A stretch of 64,000 nucleotides of DNA from Candidatus Buchananbacteria bacterium (GCA_041665065.1 JBAYJM010000003.1:5183-69182), one strand, 5' to 3'. Positions 1 through 10,730 are shown, counted from the stretch's first letter. Numbers and translations: made by a program. The notes: generated by a model from the letters alone, not told the origin.

Positions 1-1
1 G

Positions 2-892
2 CCCGATCAAAGCCAAAAATTAACCCTAGAACAGCTTGGTTTCCAGCCAAAACAATTGGAAATCATTAAAAGAAATATCGCCAAGCCGCACGGGATGCTT
101 CTTGTTACTGGCCCAACAGGCTCCGGCAAAACCACAACCCTTTATACCATGTTAAATATTTTAAATAATCCGAATGTTAATATTTGCACTATTGAAGACC
201 CTATTGAATATAAAATGGCCGGGATCAATCAAAGCCAAGTACAGCCCAAAATAGGTTTTACTTTTGCTAATGGGCTAAGGTCATTCCTGCGCCAAGATCC
301 GGATATTATTATGGTTGGGGAAATCAGAGACACCGAAACTGCCGAGATTGCGATCAACGCAGCCATGACTGGCCACTTAGTCTTATCCACCCTACACACC
401 AATGATGCAGTGACAACCATCCCCCGCTTTATCGACATGCAAGTTCCCACTTTTTTGATAGCCTCAACCATTAATGTCGTAGTCGCTCAGAGACTTGTCA
501 GAAAAATTTGCAAAAACTGCATTGAGAGCTTTAACCTGGATAAAAAAACCATTGACGAACTAGAACAGCAATTTGATCTTGATAAATTACAGAAAAATCT
601 TTCCCAACAGGGATATTTAATGAAAGGGCAAGATTTTAAATCAATCTTATTTTTTAGGGGCAAAGGCTGCCAACAGTGTGGCGATAGCGGCTACAAAGGA
701 AGAATCGGAATTTATGAAACACTGGAAATTGATGATGAAATATCTGAATTAATCTTAAAAAGAGCGTCCCGTGACGAGCTCGAAAAAACTGCCATTGAAA
801 AAGGCATGACAACCGTTTTGCAAGATGGCTTTATAAAAGCCAAGGCGGGAATTACCACGATTGAAGAGGTTCTAAGGGTAACACAAGAGTAA
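2..892 (+). CDS. pilB: Type IV pilus/T2SS assembly ATPase PilB/GspE, 5'-truncated by window edge
   Basis: Walker A GPTGSGKTTT, TIEDPIEY, LRQDPDIIMVGEIRD, TGHLVLSTLHTND, two CxxC; frame is open from position 2, so the TTG at 56 is not the true start. Confidence 0.93.
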   Translation, partial: PDQSQKLTLEQLGFQPKQLEIIKRNIAKPHGMLLVTGPTGSGKTTTLYTMLNILNNPNVNICTIEDPIEYKMAGINQSQVQPKIGFTFANGLRSFLRQDPDIIMVGEIRDTETAEIAINAAMTGHLVLSTLHTNDAVTTIPRFIDMQVPTFLIASTINVVVAQRLVRKICKNCIESFNLDKKTIDELEQQFDLDKLQKNLSQQGYLMKGQDFKSILFFRGKGCQQCGDSGYKGRIGIYETLEIDDEISELILKRASRDELEKTAIEKGMTTVLQDGFIKAKAGITTIEEVLRVTQE

Positions 893-897
893 ACAAA

Positions 898-1962
898 ATG
901 AAAAATATTGATTTCTCAAAATTTAGTAAAATACCGGCAACGGCAAAAATTTTTTTATTGCAAAATCTATCTGTAATGCTTAGGGCTGGAATTTCGCTTG
1001 CCGATGCCCTAAAGACTTTAAGCGAGGAAAGCAAAAATCAAAAATTGAAAAAAATCCTTTTAGAGACCGCTGAAAAAATCAAGCAGGGCAAAAGCTTATC
1101 AGAAAGCCTGATGCCATATACTAGCGATTTCGGAGAATTATTTGTAAACATGATCAGGGCCGGCGAGGCGTCAGGACGGCTTGAAGATATTTTAAACGAA
1201 CTCTACATCCAACATAAAAAGGATCACCTGATTTTGAGCAAAATAAGAAATGCTCTGACTTATCCGGTTATTATAATAATTGCCATGCTTGGCATTGCTG
1301 CTTTTGTTGTTGTTTTTGTACTACCGACAATAACAAATATGTTTCGAGAGTTAAACGCAGAATTGCCATTACCGACAAAAATTCTCATCTATGTTAGTGA
1401 TTTTATTCACCAAAACGGAATCTACATCGGAATTGCAATTGTAATATTGATCTTTATTGCCATTAAACTTGGCAGAAGTAAAAAGGGTAAGAGTGGCCTG
1501 CATCATTTTATTCTAAAAATACCCATTATCTCAGGCATAATTAAACAAGTCAATCTGGCTCGCGCCGCAAGAAGCCTAAGCTCACTTATAAAAACCGACA
1601 TTGCCATTGTCGATACCCTATCAATAACTTCAAAAATCTTAGGCAATTCCGCTTTTAGGCAAACATTTGCGGAAGCAGCTGAAAAGGTTAAAAAGGGACA
1701 AAAGCTCGCCTCTATTTTTAGAGAATATCCAAAACTTTTCCCTGGAATTTTTATTCAAATGGTAGCTGTGGGCGAAGAAACCGGAGCATTAGATGAAGTT
1801 TTGGCAAACCTGGCGGATTTTTATGAAGAAGAAGTGTCGCAAACCATGGGTAACTTGCCAACGATAATTGAACCGGTTCTAATGCTTCTTATCGGCTGCG
1901 GAGTTGCGGGTATTGCCATTTCCATCTTGCTTCCAATTTATTCCATGACACAAAACATGTAA
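898..1962 (+). CDS. pilC: Type IV pilus platform protein PilC/GspF
   Basis: GEASGRL and GEETGAL repeats, ALTYP, IEPVLM, three TM segments; follows pilB. Confidence 0.93.
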   Translation: MKNIDFSKFSKIPATAKIFLLQNLSVMLRAGISLADALKTLSEESKNQKLKKILLETAEKIKQGKSLSESLMPYTSDFGELFVNMIRAGEASGRLEDILNELYIQHKKDHLILSKIRNALTYPVIIIIAMLGIAAFVVVFVLPTITNMFRELNAELPLPTKILIYVSDFIHQNGIYIGIAIVILIFIAIKLGRSKKGKSGLHHFILKIPIISGIIKQVNLARAARSLSSLIKTDIAIVDTLSITSKILGNSAFRQTFAEAAEKVKKGQKLASIFREYPKLFPGIFIQMVAVGEETGALDEVLANLADFYEEEVSQTMGNLPTIIEPVLMLLIGCGVAGIAISILLPIYSMTQNM

Positions 1963-1963
1963 T

Positions 1964-2401
1964 ATGAAAAAGATTTCCGGATTTACTTTAGTGGAGCTCA
2001 TAATAGCCATCGCCGTTATTGGGATAATAAGCTCGATAAGCTTGCCAATTTATAAAAACCTTTTACCCACAATTAATCTAAGCTCTTCATCTCGCGATTT
2101 GGCGTCGGATTTAAGATTTGCCCAACAGATGGCCGTTACTGAACAAATTATTTATTCAGTATCTTTTGATAAGATTAATAATAAGTATTCGGTAATTAAA
2201 ACCAGCGACGGCACCGTTAAAACAACAAAAACGCTAAACCGAGAGATAAGCTTTCAAGCGATTAGCGGCTTTGATGATGATAAGGTTGAATTTGTGGCGA
2301 CCGGAGCATCAGTCCAAAACGGAACCATTACTCTAATCAACAGGCAAAATAAAACATCTATAATTGAGATAAAACCATCCGGCTATGTCAAAATTCAATA
2401 A
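1964..2401 (+). CDS. Minor pilin, FimT/GspH-like
   Basis: Class III signal G|FTLVEL and SDLRFAQQMA motif. Confidence 0.85.
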   Translation: MKKISGFTLVELIIAIAVIGIISSISLPIYKNLLPTINLSSSSRDLASDLRFAQQMAVTEQIIYSVSFDKINNKYSVIKTSDGTVKTTKTLNREISFQAISGFDDDKVEFVATGASVQNGTITLINRQNKTSIIEIKPSGYVKIQ

Positions 2402-2810
2402 TAAGGGAATCTCGTTGATTGAGGCATTAGTCAGTATTGCCATTATTATTATTGTAATTCTGGCAATATCACAGATATTTCCGCTTGCGCTAAAAATTAG
2501 CAATCATGCCGAGCAAGAAACAATCGCCACTAACTTGGCGCAAGCAAAAATTGAGGAAACATTTTCATTGAATTATGAAAATATTCCGACCGGGATAAAT
2601 GAGGCCAAACACAGACTATCTACCGACCCAAACAATCCTTTTTATTATTACCAAAGACAAACAGATGTCCAATATGTTGACGTTGACTTAAATGATTCAG
2701 CCTCAGACACGGGCCTAAAGAAAATTACCACGACTGTATATTGGCAAAGTCCGATATTTAAAACTGAAAAAAATGTTAACCTAATTATACTTATAAGCAA
2801 AAGAAATTGA
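2385..2810 (+). CDS. Minor pilin, PilV-like
   Basis: G|ISLIEAL prepilin motif, ATNLAQAKIEE, KKITTTVYW. Confidence 0.85.
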   Translation: MSKFNNKGISLIEALVSIAIIIIVILAISQIFPLALKISNHAEQETIATNLAQAKIEETFSLNYENIPTGINEAKHRLSTDPNNPFYYYQRQTDVQYVDVDLNDSASDTGLKKITTTVYWQSPIFKTEKNVNLIILISKRN

Positions 2811-3376
2811 TGAATTGCAAAAATAAAAAAGGCTTTACCTTAATTGAAATAATGATTTCATTAACGATATCGATTCTGCTTTTTTTTATTCTTGCCGAGT
2901 CATATAGCCTGAGCCAAAAAATTTATTTTACCACCGACGCTAAAGCTGAAATAACTCAAAACGGCCGGGTTATACTTGACAGGCTAATAAGAGAGCTAAG
3001 ACAAACACCAGACATTATTACTGATTTACCAGAAACCGTGGGAGCCGGGTCCCCAGCAGCAAAAGAAATTATTTTTCAGGACGGTCATGATACGACTCAA
3101 ATTAATTACATCAGATATTATTTGGATGGCAATAATTTTCAAAGGCAAGAAATGTTTTTTTATTTTGAACCCGATATTGCGACTCATGTATATTTCTATG
3201 CGACCGACATGTATGGTAATGATCCGATCATGGTCACTTCAACGGCAAAAGTTATTGGCGAATACGTTGATGATATTGAATTTTGGGGCGATCGCCTGAC
3301 TAATATAAATCTTTATTTATCAAAAAATGGCCAGTCTGAAATAATAAACACGGCGGTATACGGCCGCAATCTCTAA
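2807..3376 (+). CDS. Minor pilin, PilW-like
   Basis: G|FTLIEIM, LDRLIRELRQ. Confidence 0.85.
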   Translation: MMNCKNKKGFTLIEIMISLTISILLFFILAESYSLSQKIYFTTDAKAEITQNGRVILDRLIRELRQTPDIITDLPETVGAGSPAAKEIIFQDGHDTTQINYIRYYLDGNNFQRQEMFFYFEPDIATHVYFYATDMYGNDPIMVTSTAKVIGEYVDDIEFWGDRLTNINLYLSKNGQSEIINTAVYGRNL

Positions 3377-3378
3377 AA

Positions 3379-4575
3379 ATGATGATAAAAAATAAAAGGG
3401 GCTTTATTTTAATGGCAACAACATTTATAACTGCATTATTGCTTCTGCTTTCTGCATATGTTTTAAATTTTACCTTGACTGAACTAAAAATTTCCACCAG
3501 CCAAGCGGTCGCAACGCAAGCCTACTATTTAGCTGAAAGCGGTGTTGCTGAAGCCATTTGGAGACTGAAAAATGATTCGTCATGGAAAAGCTCTTTTGAA
3601 GATAATCCATCATGGACCATTCATCTTGTTAAAAATAATGCGCTGTTTTCTGGGGGGTCATACACGATAGACATCGTAAATTCGGGGCAGGCTCGCGGCG
3701 AAATAACAGTAACCGGAAAGATCAACAAAGGAAATTCCACCGCTCAAAGAGTTATAAAAACCTCAGTCTATAAAGCAATTGGCGAAAGTCCTCTCGCAGA
3801 CGTTGCAGAATATGCCGATGGAAATATTGACATATCAGGCTCACTATTAAATGTATATAACGGAAGCCTAGCCTCAAACAATAATGTAATAATCAATTTT
3901 TGGAGTGGCGTTAATGTAGACAATAGAGTCGCGGCCGGAGTGAAAATTATTAAACATTCAAATTCCATTCTTAATGCCGCAAGCACGCTGGAGAATGCGC
4001 CAGTAGTGCCAATGCCTGCTGTATCATTTGATGATTTATCAGACCTCAATTCATTTAAAAATAAAGCTGGCAGTCAAGTCTATACCGAAAACCAATTTGC
4101 TGCCATGATGAATGCCAACCACAACCTGACTTTAAACGGAGTAACCTATGTTACCGGCGACATTACAGTACCATATACGCAAACGCTGACGATTAATGGC
4201 GCCCTGGTTGCCGATAAGGACATCACAATCGGCGAGAATGATTGGCGATGCATTTTTTCCGGCCGAGCGAATGTCAATGTCAACACACAACCAGGCTCCC
4301 CTTCCGGTATTTTTTCTAAACGTAAAATTAATTTTGAACTTTGCTTGGGTAGTTTTAATGCGGCCGGATTGATTTATGCCAATGATCAAATAGACATTCT
4401 TAGCGTACCCAATATAATGAATATTGTTGGAGGCGTAATTTCAAGAAAATTGACTTTAACAAGTATTTGGCAGGGCGTTAATATAACACTAAATGAGGAA
4501 AATATAATTTCCGGGCTCGGAAGCGCACTTTTTTCTCCGGTCATAACAGTAGAACACTGGGAAGAACAATACTAG
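3379..4575 (+). CDS. PilX-like minor pilin with large C-terminal beta-rich domain
   Basis: G|FILMA (no Glu5), AYYLAESGVAEA, terminal WEEQY typical of PilX-like proteins. Confidence 0.8.
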   Translation: MMIKNKRGFILMATTFITALLLLLSAYVLNFTLTELKISTSQAVATQAYYLAESGVAEAIWRLKNDSSWKSSFEDNPSWTIHLVKNNALFSGGSYTIDIVNSGQARGEITVTGKINKGNSTAQRVIKTSVYKAIGESPLADVAEYADGNIDISGSLLNVYNGSLASNNNVIINFWSGVNVDNRVAAGVKIIKHSNSILNAASTLENAPVVPMPAVSFDDLSDLNSFKNKAGSQVYTENQFAAMMNANHNLTLNGVTYVTGDITVPYTQTLTINGALVADKDITIGENDWRCIFSGRANVNVNTQPGSPSGIFSKRKINFELCLGSFNAAGLIYANDQIDILSVPNIMNIVGGVISRKLTLTSIWQGVNITLNEENIISGLGSALFSPVITVEHWEEQY

Positions 4576-4592
4576 GGAATTTTATATATTTT

Positions 4593-4601
4593 TGCTATAA
4601 T
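4593..4601 (+). promoter_or_regulatory. Extended -10 promoter for pilMNO
   Basis: TGcTATAAT 26 nt upstream of the pilM ATG. Confidence 0.5.
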
Positions 4602-4627
4602 AATTAAAATAGCTTGCATAAAATATC

Positions 4628-5677
4628 ATGTCTTTTTTTGTTACAAATAACAATGCCTTTGGCCTTGACATCTCAGATGGCGGTCTTCGTTTGATTCAAA
4701 TGTGTAAAAAAAATAAAAAGGTTGCAATTCAACTCTATAATGATATCAACCTGCCAAATGACTGTGTAATAGAAGGTGAAATTAAAAATCAAAAGGTTTT
4801 TTTGGATCATTTAAACAAGCTGCTTAAGACACACATGGGTCATGGCAAAATATCCCATGAGGTAATCTGTTCATTACCGGAATCCAATACTTTTTTAAAG
4901 CAACTTACTATTGAAAAATGCAACGAAGAAGAAGTAAAAAACAAGGTGGAGGAGGTTTTGCCTCAGCACTTGCCTATGGCCATGGAGGATCTATATCTGG
5001 ATTGCCAGATTATAAAAACAGATGAAAGTACCATGGATATACTAATAGGCGCCTCGCCAAAACAAATTGTCGATTCATACATGGAAATACTTGATATGGC
5101 AGGACTCATTCCATCAATATTAGAAATCGAAGCGGCCGCTATTTCACGGCTTGTTATTGAACAAAATGGTGGCATACAGCCGCAGATTATAATTGATATG
5201 GGAGCAACGCGTACAGGACTATTAATCTATGATGAAAATACTGTAAAATTTACCGTCAGCTTACCCGTATCAGGACAAAAAATAACTGAACTTATCTCTC
5301 AAACTCTTGACCTCGACAAAGAAAAAGCTGAAAAAGCTAAACTTGTTTGCGGCCTTGATTCCGCTAAATGCCAAGGGGCACTACTAGAAATATTTTCTGA
5401 AACAATAGATGACCTATGTGTTCATATCCAATCTGCCATGGATTTCTATAAAATAAATTTCAATAATAAAAAAATAGAAAAAATTACTCTTTGCGGAGGA
5501 GGGGCGAATTTTATTGGAATAGACAGCCTTCTGCAACAAAAGCTAAACTTGAAAGTTGAAATTGCCAATCCTTTTATAAATATTGCCAATCCTAATAAAA
5601 ACTACTTTACGCCTCAGAGATCCCAATCCTATATTGCCGCTATTGGCCTTGGACTAAGAGGTATTTGCCGCCATTAA
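4628..5677 (+). CDS. pilM: Type IV pilus assembly protein PilM
   Basis: FGLDIS, IIDMGATRT, LCGGGA, AIGLGLR (actin-like PilM motifs). Confidence 0.92.
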   Translation: MSFFVTNNNAFGLDISDGGLRLIQMCKKNKKVAIQLYNDINLPNDCVIEGEIKNQKVFLDHLNKLLKTHMGHGKISHEVICSLPESNTFLKQLTIEKCNEEEVKNKVEEVLPQHLPMAMEDLYLDCQIIKTDESTMDILIGASPKQIVDSYMEILDMAGLIPSILEIEAAAISRLVIEQNGGIQPQIIIDMGATRTGLLIYDENTVKFTVSLPVSGQKITELISQTLDLDKEKAEKAKLVCGLDSAKCQGALLEIFSETIDDLCVHIQSAMDFYKINFNNKKIEKITLCGGGANFIGIDSLLQQKLNLKVEIANPFINIANPNKNYFTPQRSQSYIAAIGLGLRGICRH

Positions 5678-5678
5678 T

Positions 5679-6215
5679 ATGATAACCATAAATTTGGTTC
5701 CGCAGGAACATAAAGAAAAAATCCAAAGAAAAAAAATTTACGTTTCTATAAAAGAAGCTCTTTTGATAATATTACTCTTTTCTTCAGTTGCTTCCATTTT
5801 ACTTATACTTTCAAAATTTTATCTTGAGGATCAATTAGCGAGGCTCACCGATCAAAATAGCCATGGCATAGCGGCCATCCAATTAACTAATACAAAGATA
5901 AAGGCATTAAACAATAAAATCATCGAGGCATATACGGTACAAAAAAACTTCAAATCATGGACAGCTGCAATTAATCCTATCCACGTAAGCAAAGGAGATA
6001 AAATAACCTTTTCTTCATTAAAGATTTTTAAACAACAGTCAAGTATTGAAATAACTGGCGTCGCCAAAACAAGAGCCGACTTAGTTGCCTTTCAAAAAAG
6101 GCTCCAAAAAATTGACGGTTTTACAAAAGTAAATTTACCAATTAGCGACCTCATCAATAAGGGAAATAACGGTTTTACAATTAGAATAGAAATCGATTTA
6201 AACAAGCTGCCATGA
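5679..6215 (+). CDS. pilN: Type IV pilus assembly protein PilN
   Basis: N-terminal INLVP motif, TM helix, coiled coil, ITGVA. Confidence 0.82.
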   Translation: MITINLVPQEHKEKIQRKKIYVSIKEALLIILLFSSVASILLILSKFYLEDQLARLTDQNSHGIAAIQLTNTKIKALNNKIIEAYTVQKNFKSWTAAINPIHVSKGDKITFSSLKIFKQQSSIEITGVAKTRADLVAFQKRLQKIDGFTKVNLPISDLINKGNNGFTIRIEIDLNKLP

Positions 6216-6736
6216 ACTTGAAAAAGAATAAATTTATAATTGCTATTTTTGCCATAACTGCCTGTTGCGCAGTCGTGATTGCATTTTTGATCATCCCCAA
6301 CATCCAAGATATTGTGAAAATCAATCAAGATATTATATTTCAAAGAGAAGACCTTGAAAAGAAAGCCGCTCTTGGGCTTAACATAAAACAAATTTCTTCC
6401 GAAATTTCAGCAATGGAAAAAAACAGCGCCGAGTTAAATAAAATGTATATAAAATCCGGAAAGGAATTAGAATTTTTAACCCTGCTTGACGAAATAGCTC
6501 AAAAAAACAATGTTGATGCTCAAGCAGTTCCACAATTTCCCGAAAAGAATGCCGAAAAATTAACAAAAATACCCTTAACAATTATCATAAAGGGAAAATT
6601 TGTAAATGTTTTTAGCTATATCGGGAGCCTTGAAACAATGCCATATTATTACAATATTGATTCACTGGAAATCCAAGAAGGGGCGAATGACGCAACAACG
6701 GCAAACCTAACCGGTAACATTTATCTAAATAGATAA
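6212..6736 (+). CDS. pilO: Type IV pilus assembly protein PilO
   Basis: TM helix, coiled coil, IKGKFVNVFSYIGSLE; position after pilN. Confidence 0.8.
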   Translation: MNLKKNKFIIAIFAITACCAVVIAFLIIPNIQDIVKINQDIIFQREDLEKKAALGLNIKQISSEISAMEKNSAELNKMYIKSGKELEFLTLLDEIAQKNNVDAQAVPQFPEKNAEKLTKIPLTIIIKGKFVNVFSYIGSLETMPYYYNIDSLEIQEGANDATTANLTGNIYLNR

Positions 6737-6743
6737 ACCTAAA

Positions 6744-7064
6744 ATGAAAAAAATCAATCCACAAAAAACTTATAGTTTTTTTGAAAAATATCTAAACACC
6801 CTGGTCTTGGCTGCCGTGGTTATAATTCTTGGAGTGCTTATTTATTTTTTATACACTAATTTTTATTTAACTCTCTCAGAAGCAAAGGTCGTGACCTCAT
6901 TACAAAATAAGGTAATTTCTGAAAGATTAGAAAAAGAAAAATTTTACCTGATACTCGATAATATCAATAAAAAAACATCAAAGAAAATTGAATCAATTTC
7001 ATCATCAAGCCCATCACTGGCTAACACGTCAACCAGCTCAACAATTCCTAAATTAAGAAACTAA
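6744..7064 (+). CDS. Small single-TM protein at the end of the pil operon
   Basis: One TM helix, Ser/Thr-rich tail; operonic spacing. Confidence 0.65.
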   Translation: MKKINPQKTYSFFEKYLNTLVLAAVVIILGVLIYFLYTNFYLTLSEAKVVTSLQNKVISERLEKEKFYLILDNINKKTSKKIESISSSSPSLANTSTSSTIPKLRN

Positions 7065-7090
7065 AAAATCCGGGCAACCGGATTTTTTTT
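7063..7090. terminator. Bidirectional intrinsic terminator
   Basis: AAAAAATCCGG-GCAA-CCGGATTTTTT between convergent genes. Confidence 0.85.
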
Positions 7091-7101
7091 ATTTCAATAG
7101 T

Positions 7102-8295
7102 TTATTTAATCGGCGACATTTCCCTTAGCCTTAAAATTATAGGGGGCAAAACTCTTAATAGATAATCTACTTCTTTTTTGTTATTAAATCTTCCAAGACT
7201 GAATCGTATGCTCCCGTGCGCCAATTCCGGCTTGACTCCAATAGCACTTAAGACATGAGACGGTTCAAGTGAACCGGATGAGCAGGCAGAACCGGTAGAA
7301 ACGGCTATGCCTTTTTGGGAAAGCATAAGCAAAATACTTTCGCCTTCCGCCCCCTCAAAAATAATACTGGCATTAGAGTGTAATCTTTTTTCCATGTCGC
7401 CGTTAACGGAAATATTATCTATTTTTGACTTTATTCCCCTAACCAAGTAGTCCCTTAAACTTTTTAGCTTGTTGTTCTTCTTCTGGGACTGTGTTTTCAT
7501 GATGATGTCGACGGCTTTTGCCATTCCAACTATGCCGGCAACATTGTAAGTTCCCGGCCTGACATTGTTTTGTTGGTGTCCGCCAAAAATTTGCGCTCGA
7601 AATGGGGTGTTTTTTTTCAAATACAACACGCCAACGCCTTTGGGTCCATAAATTTTATGAGCTGAAAATGAAAGCAAATCTACTCCTAATTTTTTGACAT
7701 TCATATCTAAATAACCGGCCGCTTGCGTGGCATCAGTGTGAAAATAAATTTTATTTTTTCTACCGTCGTTTATTTTTTTAATTTCTTTTCCTATCTCTGC
7801 AATCGGTTGTGTTGTACCAATTTCATTATTAGCATACATGACAGAGATCAGCACAGTATTGTCTTTAATTTCCTTGCAAATCGAATTAACATCCATCAGG
7901 CCTTTGGAATTCGGCTTTACAAAAGTGACATCCGCCCCGTCTCTAGCCAGCTGTTTTGCCGGCTCCAATACAGCATCATGTTCAATGGCGGAGACGATAA
8001 TATGGGGCTTTAAATTGGAATTTGTCCTTTTAATGGCCTCCACGGGCCCCCAAATAGCCATATTATCGCTTTCTGTCGCACCAGAGGTGAAATACACCTC
8101 CTCAGCGCTACAGCCCAAAAAAGAGGCTATTTTTTGCTTTGCTTGATCAACGGCATTTTTGGCGTCCCTGCCAGCAAAATGCAACGAAGAAGCATTGCCA
8201 AATTGATTTTTTAAAAATGGCTCCATAGCCTTAAAAACAGCCGGGTCGAGTGGTGTAGTGGCCGCATTATCAAAATAAACTTTAATTGTTGCCAT
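7102..8295 (-). CDS. iscS: Cysteine desulfurase IscS/NifS
   Basis: YFDNAATT, SGATES, SAHKIYGPKG (PLP Lys), STGSACSSG (catalytic Cys); start moved to ATG at 8295. Confidence 0.95.
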   Translation of the reverse strand: MATIKVYFDNAATTPLDPAVFKAMEPFLKNQFGNASSLHFAGRDAKNAVDQAKQKIASFLGCSAEEVYFTSGATESDNMAIWGPVEAIKRTNSNLKPHIIVSAIEHDAVLEPAKQLARDGADVTFVKPNSKGLMDVNSICKEIKDNTVLISVMYANNEIGTTQPIAEIGKEIKKINDGRKNKIYFHTDATQAAGYLDMNVKKLGVDLLSFSAHKIYGPKGVGVLYLKKNTPFRAQIFGGHQQNNVRPGTYNVAGIVGMAKAVDIIMKTQSQKKNNKLKSLRDYLVRGIKSKIDNISVNGDMEKRLHSNASIIFEGAEGESILLMLSQKGIAVSTGSACSSGSLEPSHVLSAIGVKPELAHGSIRFSLGRFNNKKEVDYLLRVLPPIILRLREMSPIK

Positions 8296-9025
8296 ATAAA
8301 TTATTTTTAACTTTTTTTGCAATTAAATTTGAAGCTGCCAGAAGAGACTCAAACGTTCCTGCATCGGTCCAATCACCTCTTAACGTTTCATAAGTCATTA
8401 TACTATTATCAATATAAAAATTATTTACATCAGTTATTTCAAGCTCGCCCCTGCCTGAAGGCTTAAGGGTTTTGATTATTTCCCAAACCTGGCTGTCATA
8501 ACAGTAGAACCCAGTAACTGCCAAATTAGATTTCGGCTCGGACGGTTTTTCTTCAATTTTTTTTACGGCGCTTCCATTTAATTCGGCTACTCCAAATCTA
8601 CTAGGATCAACCACCTCTTTTAAAAAAATTTTAGCCCCCCTATTCTGTACTGCAAAGTCGCTGACACCATTTTTAATCTGGTCGTATTCGGCATAAATAT
8701 TATCTCCCAAAATAACAGCTATTTTATCATTATCTGCGAAATCCTCGCAAAGACCAAGCGCCTCAGCTATACCTCCGGCCTTCTCCTGCACTGCGTATGA
8801 AATTCTTATGCCATAATCCCTGCCCGATCCAAGCAATTCAAGAAAATGCCCGGCGTGACCGGTACCCGATACGATCATAATATCCTTAATTCCTGCTGCC
8901 ATTAATGTTTCTAGAGGATAAAGAATCATCGGCTTATCATAAACAGGAAGAAGATGTTTATTAGTAACTTTTGTGCAAGGCATCAGCCTCGTACCATGGC
9001 CTCCAGCAAGAATTATACCGCGCAT
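8282..9025 (-). CDS. rfbA: Glucose-1-phosphate thymidylyltransferase (short RmlA/SpsI type)
   Basis: GIILAGGHGTRL, KHLLPVYDKPMI, LGDNI, RGELEITD, WTDAGT. Confidence 0.92.
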   Translation of the reverse strand: MRGIILAGGHGTRLMPCTKVTNKHLLPVYDKPMILYPLETLMAAGIKDIMIVSGTGHAGHFLELLGSGRDYGIRISYAVQEKAGGIAEALGLCEDFADNDKIAVILGDNIYAEYDQIKNGVSDFAVQNRGAKIFLKEVVDPSRFGVAELNGSAVKKIEEKPSEPKSNLAVTGFYCYDSQVWEIIKTLKPSGRGELEITDVNNFYIDNSIMTYETLRGDWTDAGTFESLLAASNLIAKKVKNNLYGNN

Positions 9026-9046
9026 TTTTTTATATTTATTTTTTAG

Positions 9047-10060
9047 TTATACCGAGATATATTGTTTTTCGTAATAGTTTTGATATTCTCCTCCTTTTAC
9101 CCTATTAACCCACTCCTGATTGTCCATATACCACTTGACTGTCATTTCCAAATATTTATCAAAACCATAGAGTGGCTTATAGCCCAAATCCCTCTCAGCT
9201 TTAGAAAAATTTACCGCGTATCTTCGATCGTGAGCCGGCCTGTCTTTGACAAATTCAATCATGTCTTCATTTTTTCCCAAAATAGCCAGCACTTTTTTCA
9301 CTAATTCTAAATTATTAACTTTTTCGGTCATTCCACCAATGCAATATGTTTCCTTATTTTTTCCACTTTGAATAATTAGTTCAATAGCTCGACAATGATC
9401 ATCAACATAAAGCCAGTCCCTTATATATTTGCCATCGCCATATACCGGGATTTTTTTATCAGATAAGACATTTGAAATCATCAGAGGCAAGAATTTTTCC
9501 GGGAATTGGAAAGGACCGAAATTATTAGAGCAGTTAGAAATCGTATAGGACAAATCAAAAGTGTCTCCAAAAGATCTCACCAAATGGTCTGATCCAGCCT
9601 TAGAAGCGGAATAAGGACTGTGCGGATCATAAGGAGTTTTTTCGTCAAACTTATTATCACCCTCTAAGTCCAGCGATCCAAATACCTCATCAGTCGAAAC
9701 ATGATGGATTTTCTTATTTCCATTTTTAACCGCTGCATCCAAAAGAACTTGAGTCCCCACAATGTTTGTAATGACAAATGGAGTTGAATCCATAATTGAT
9801 CTATCAACATGAGACTCTGCCGCAAAATGGATTATTTGATCTATGTCGCTTACCAATTCATTAACCAATTCTCGATCACATATATCACCTTTTACAAATC
9901 TATAATTAGGATTTTCCTGCACATCTTTCAAATTTTCCAAATTACCCGCATAAGTGAGTTTATCCAAATTAACAATTTGATCATTAGGATGATTATTTAA
10001 CCAATATCTAATAAAATTAGATCCGATAAATCCTGCTCCTCCGGTTACTAATATTTTCAT
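9047..10060 (-). CDS. rfbB: dTDP-glucose 4,6-dehydratase
   Basis: TGGAGFIG, AAESHVDRS, STDEV, YSASK, HDRRY. Confidence 0.95.
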   Translation of the reverse strand: MKILVTGGAGFIGSNFIRYWLNNHPNDQIVNLDKLTYAGNLENLKDVQENPNYRFVKGDICDRELVNELVSDIDQIIHFAAESHVDRSIMDSTPFVITNIVGTQVLLDAAVKNGNKKIHHVSTDEVFGSLDLEGDNKFDEKTPYDPHSPYSASKAGSDHLVRSFGDTFDLSYTISNCSNNFGPFQFPEKFLPLMISNVLSDKKIPVYGDGKYIRDWLYVDDHCRAIELIIQSGKNKETYCIGGMTEKVNNLELVKKVLAILGKNEDMIEFVKDRPAHDRRYAVNFSKAERDLGYKPLYGFDKYLEMTVKWYMDNQEWVNRVKGGEYQNYYEKQYISV

Positions 10061-10080
10061 AATGCCAATTAATTTCCAAA

Positions 10081-10305
10081 TTAAACAGCCTGGACTATTT
10101 TTACTTCCGGAACTTTTTCTCTAACGGCCTTTGCGATTCCCTGTTGAAGGGTAACCATTGCCATAGGACAGCCATGGCATGCACCCTGAAGTTTTAACTT
10201 TAAAATTCCATCGCTTTCATCAAATGACACAAACTCAACATCGCCACCATCCATTTGCAAATGAGGACGAAATTCATCTAGAGCAGCTTTTATTTTTTCG
10301 ATCAT
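10081..10305 (-). CDS. NifU/Nfu-like Fe-S carrier
   Basis: RPHLQMDGGDVE, GACHGCP. Confidence 0.9.
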   Translation of the reverse strand: MIEKIKAALDEFRPHLQMDGGDVEFVSFDESDGILKLKLQGACHGCPMAMVTLQQGIAKAVREKVPEVKIVQAV

Positions 10306-10314
10306 ATTTTTATA

Positions 10315-10698
10315 TTACTTTTTAGATTCTCTATAATTTTTAATTGCCTCCTGCAATCCTTCGTGAGCTAAGACTGAACAATGCAACTTAGGCGCCGGCA
10401 AGCCGCCCAATTCATTTGCTATATCTAATTTGCCTATTTTTAATGCCTCATCTAAAGTCTTGCCCTTTGCCATGTCAGTTAACATTGATGATGTGGCGAT
10501 AGCCGCCCCGCAACCCAATGTCTCAAATTTAATATCATCAATTATATCTTCGGCCTTTTTATTTTGGCCGACTTTTATATAAATTTTCATAATATCGCCA
10601 CAAACAGGATTTCCGACCTGTCCAACACCATCAGCATCTTTAATTGTGCCCTGATTGTGGGGCTTTTGAAAATGCTTTAATACTTTTTCGTTATACAT
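10315..10698 (-). CDS. iscU: Fe-S scaffold IscU/NifU-N
   Basis: GNPVCGD, GCGAAIA, LPAPKLHCS. Confidence 0.93.
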   Translation of the reverse strand: MYNEKVLKHFQKPHNQGTIKDADGVGQVGNPVCGDIMKIYIKVGQNKKAEDIIDDIKFETLGCGAAIATSSMLTDMAKGKTLDEALKIGKLDIANELGGLPAPKLHCSVLAHEGLQEAIKNYRESKK

Positions 10699-10730
10699 AA
10701 AAATTTAATTTTTAATTTATTAATTTTAAA

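Noticed and set aside
5561-5593. Direct repeat ATTGCCAATCCT twice in pilM
   Set aside because: Reflects the peptide repeat IANP; no flanking structure
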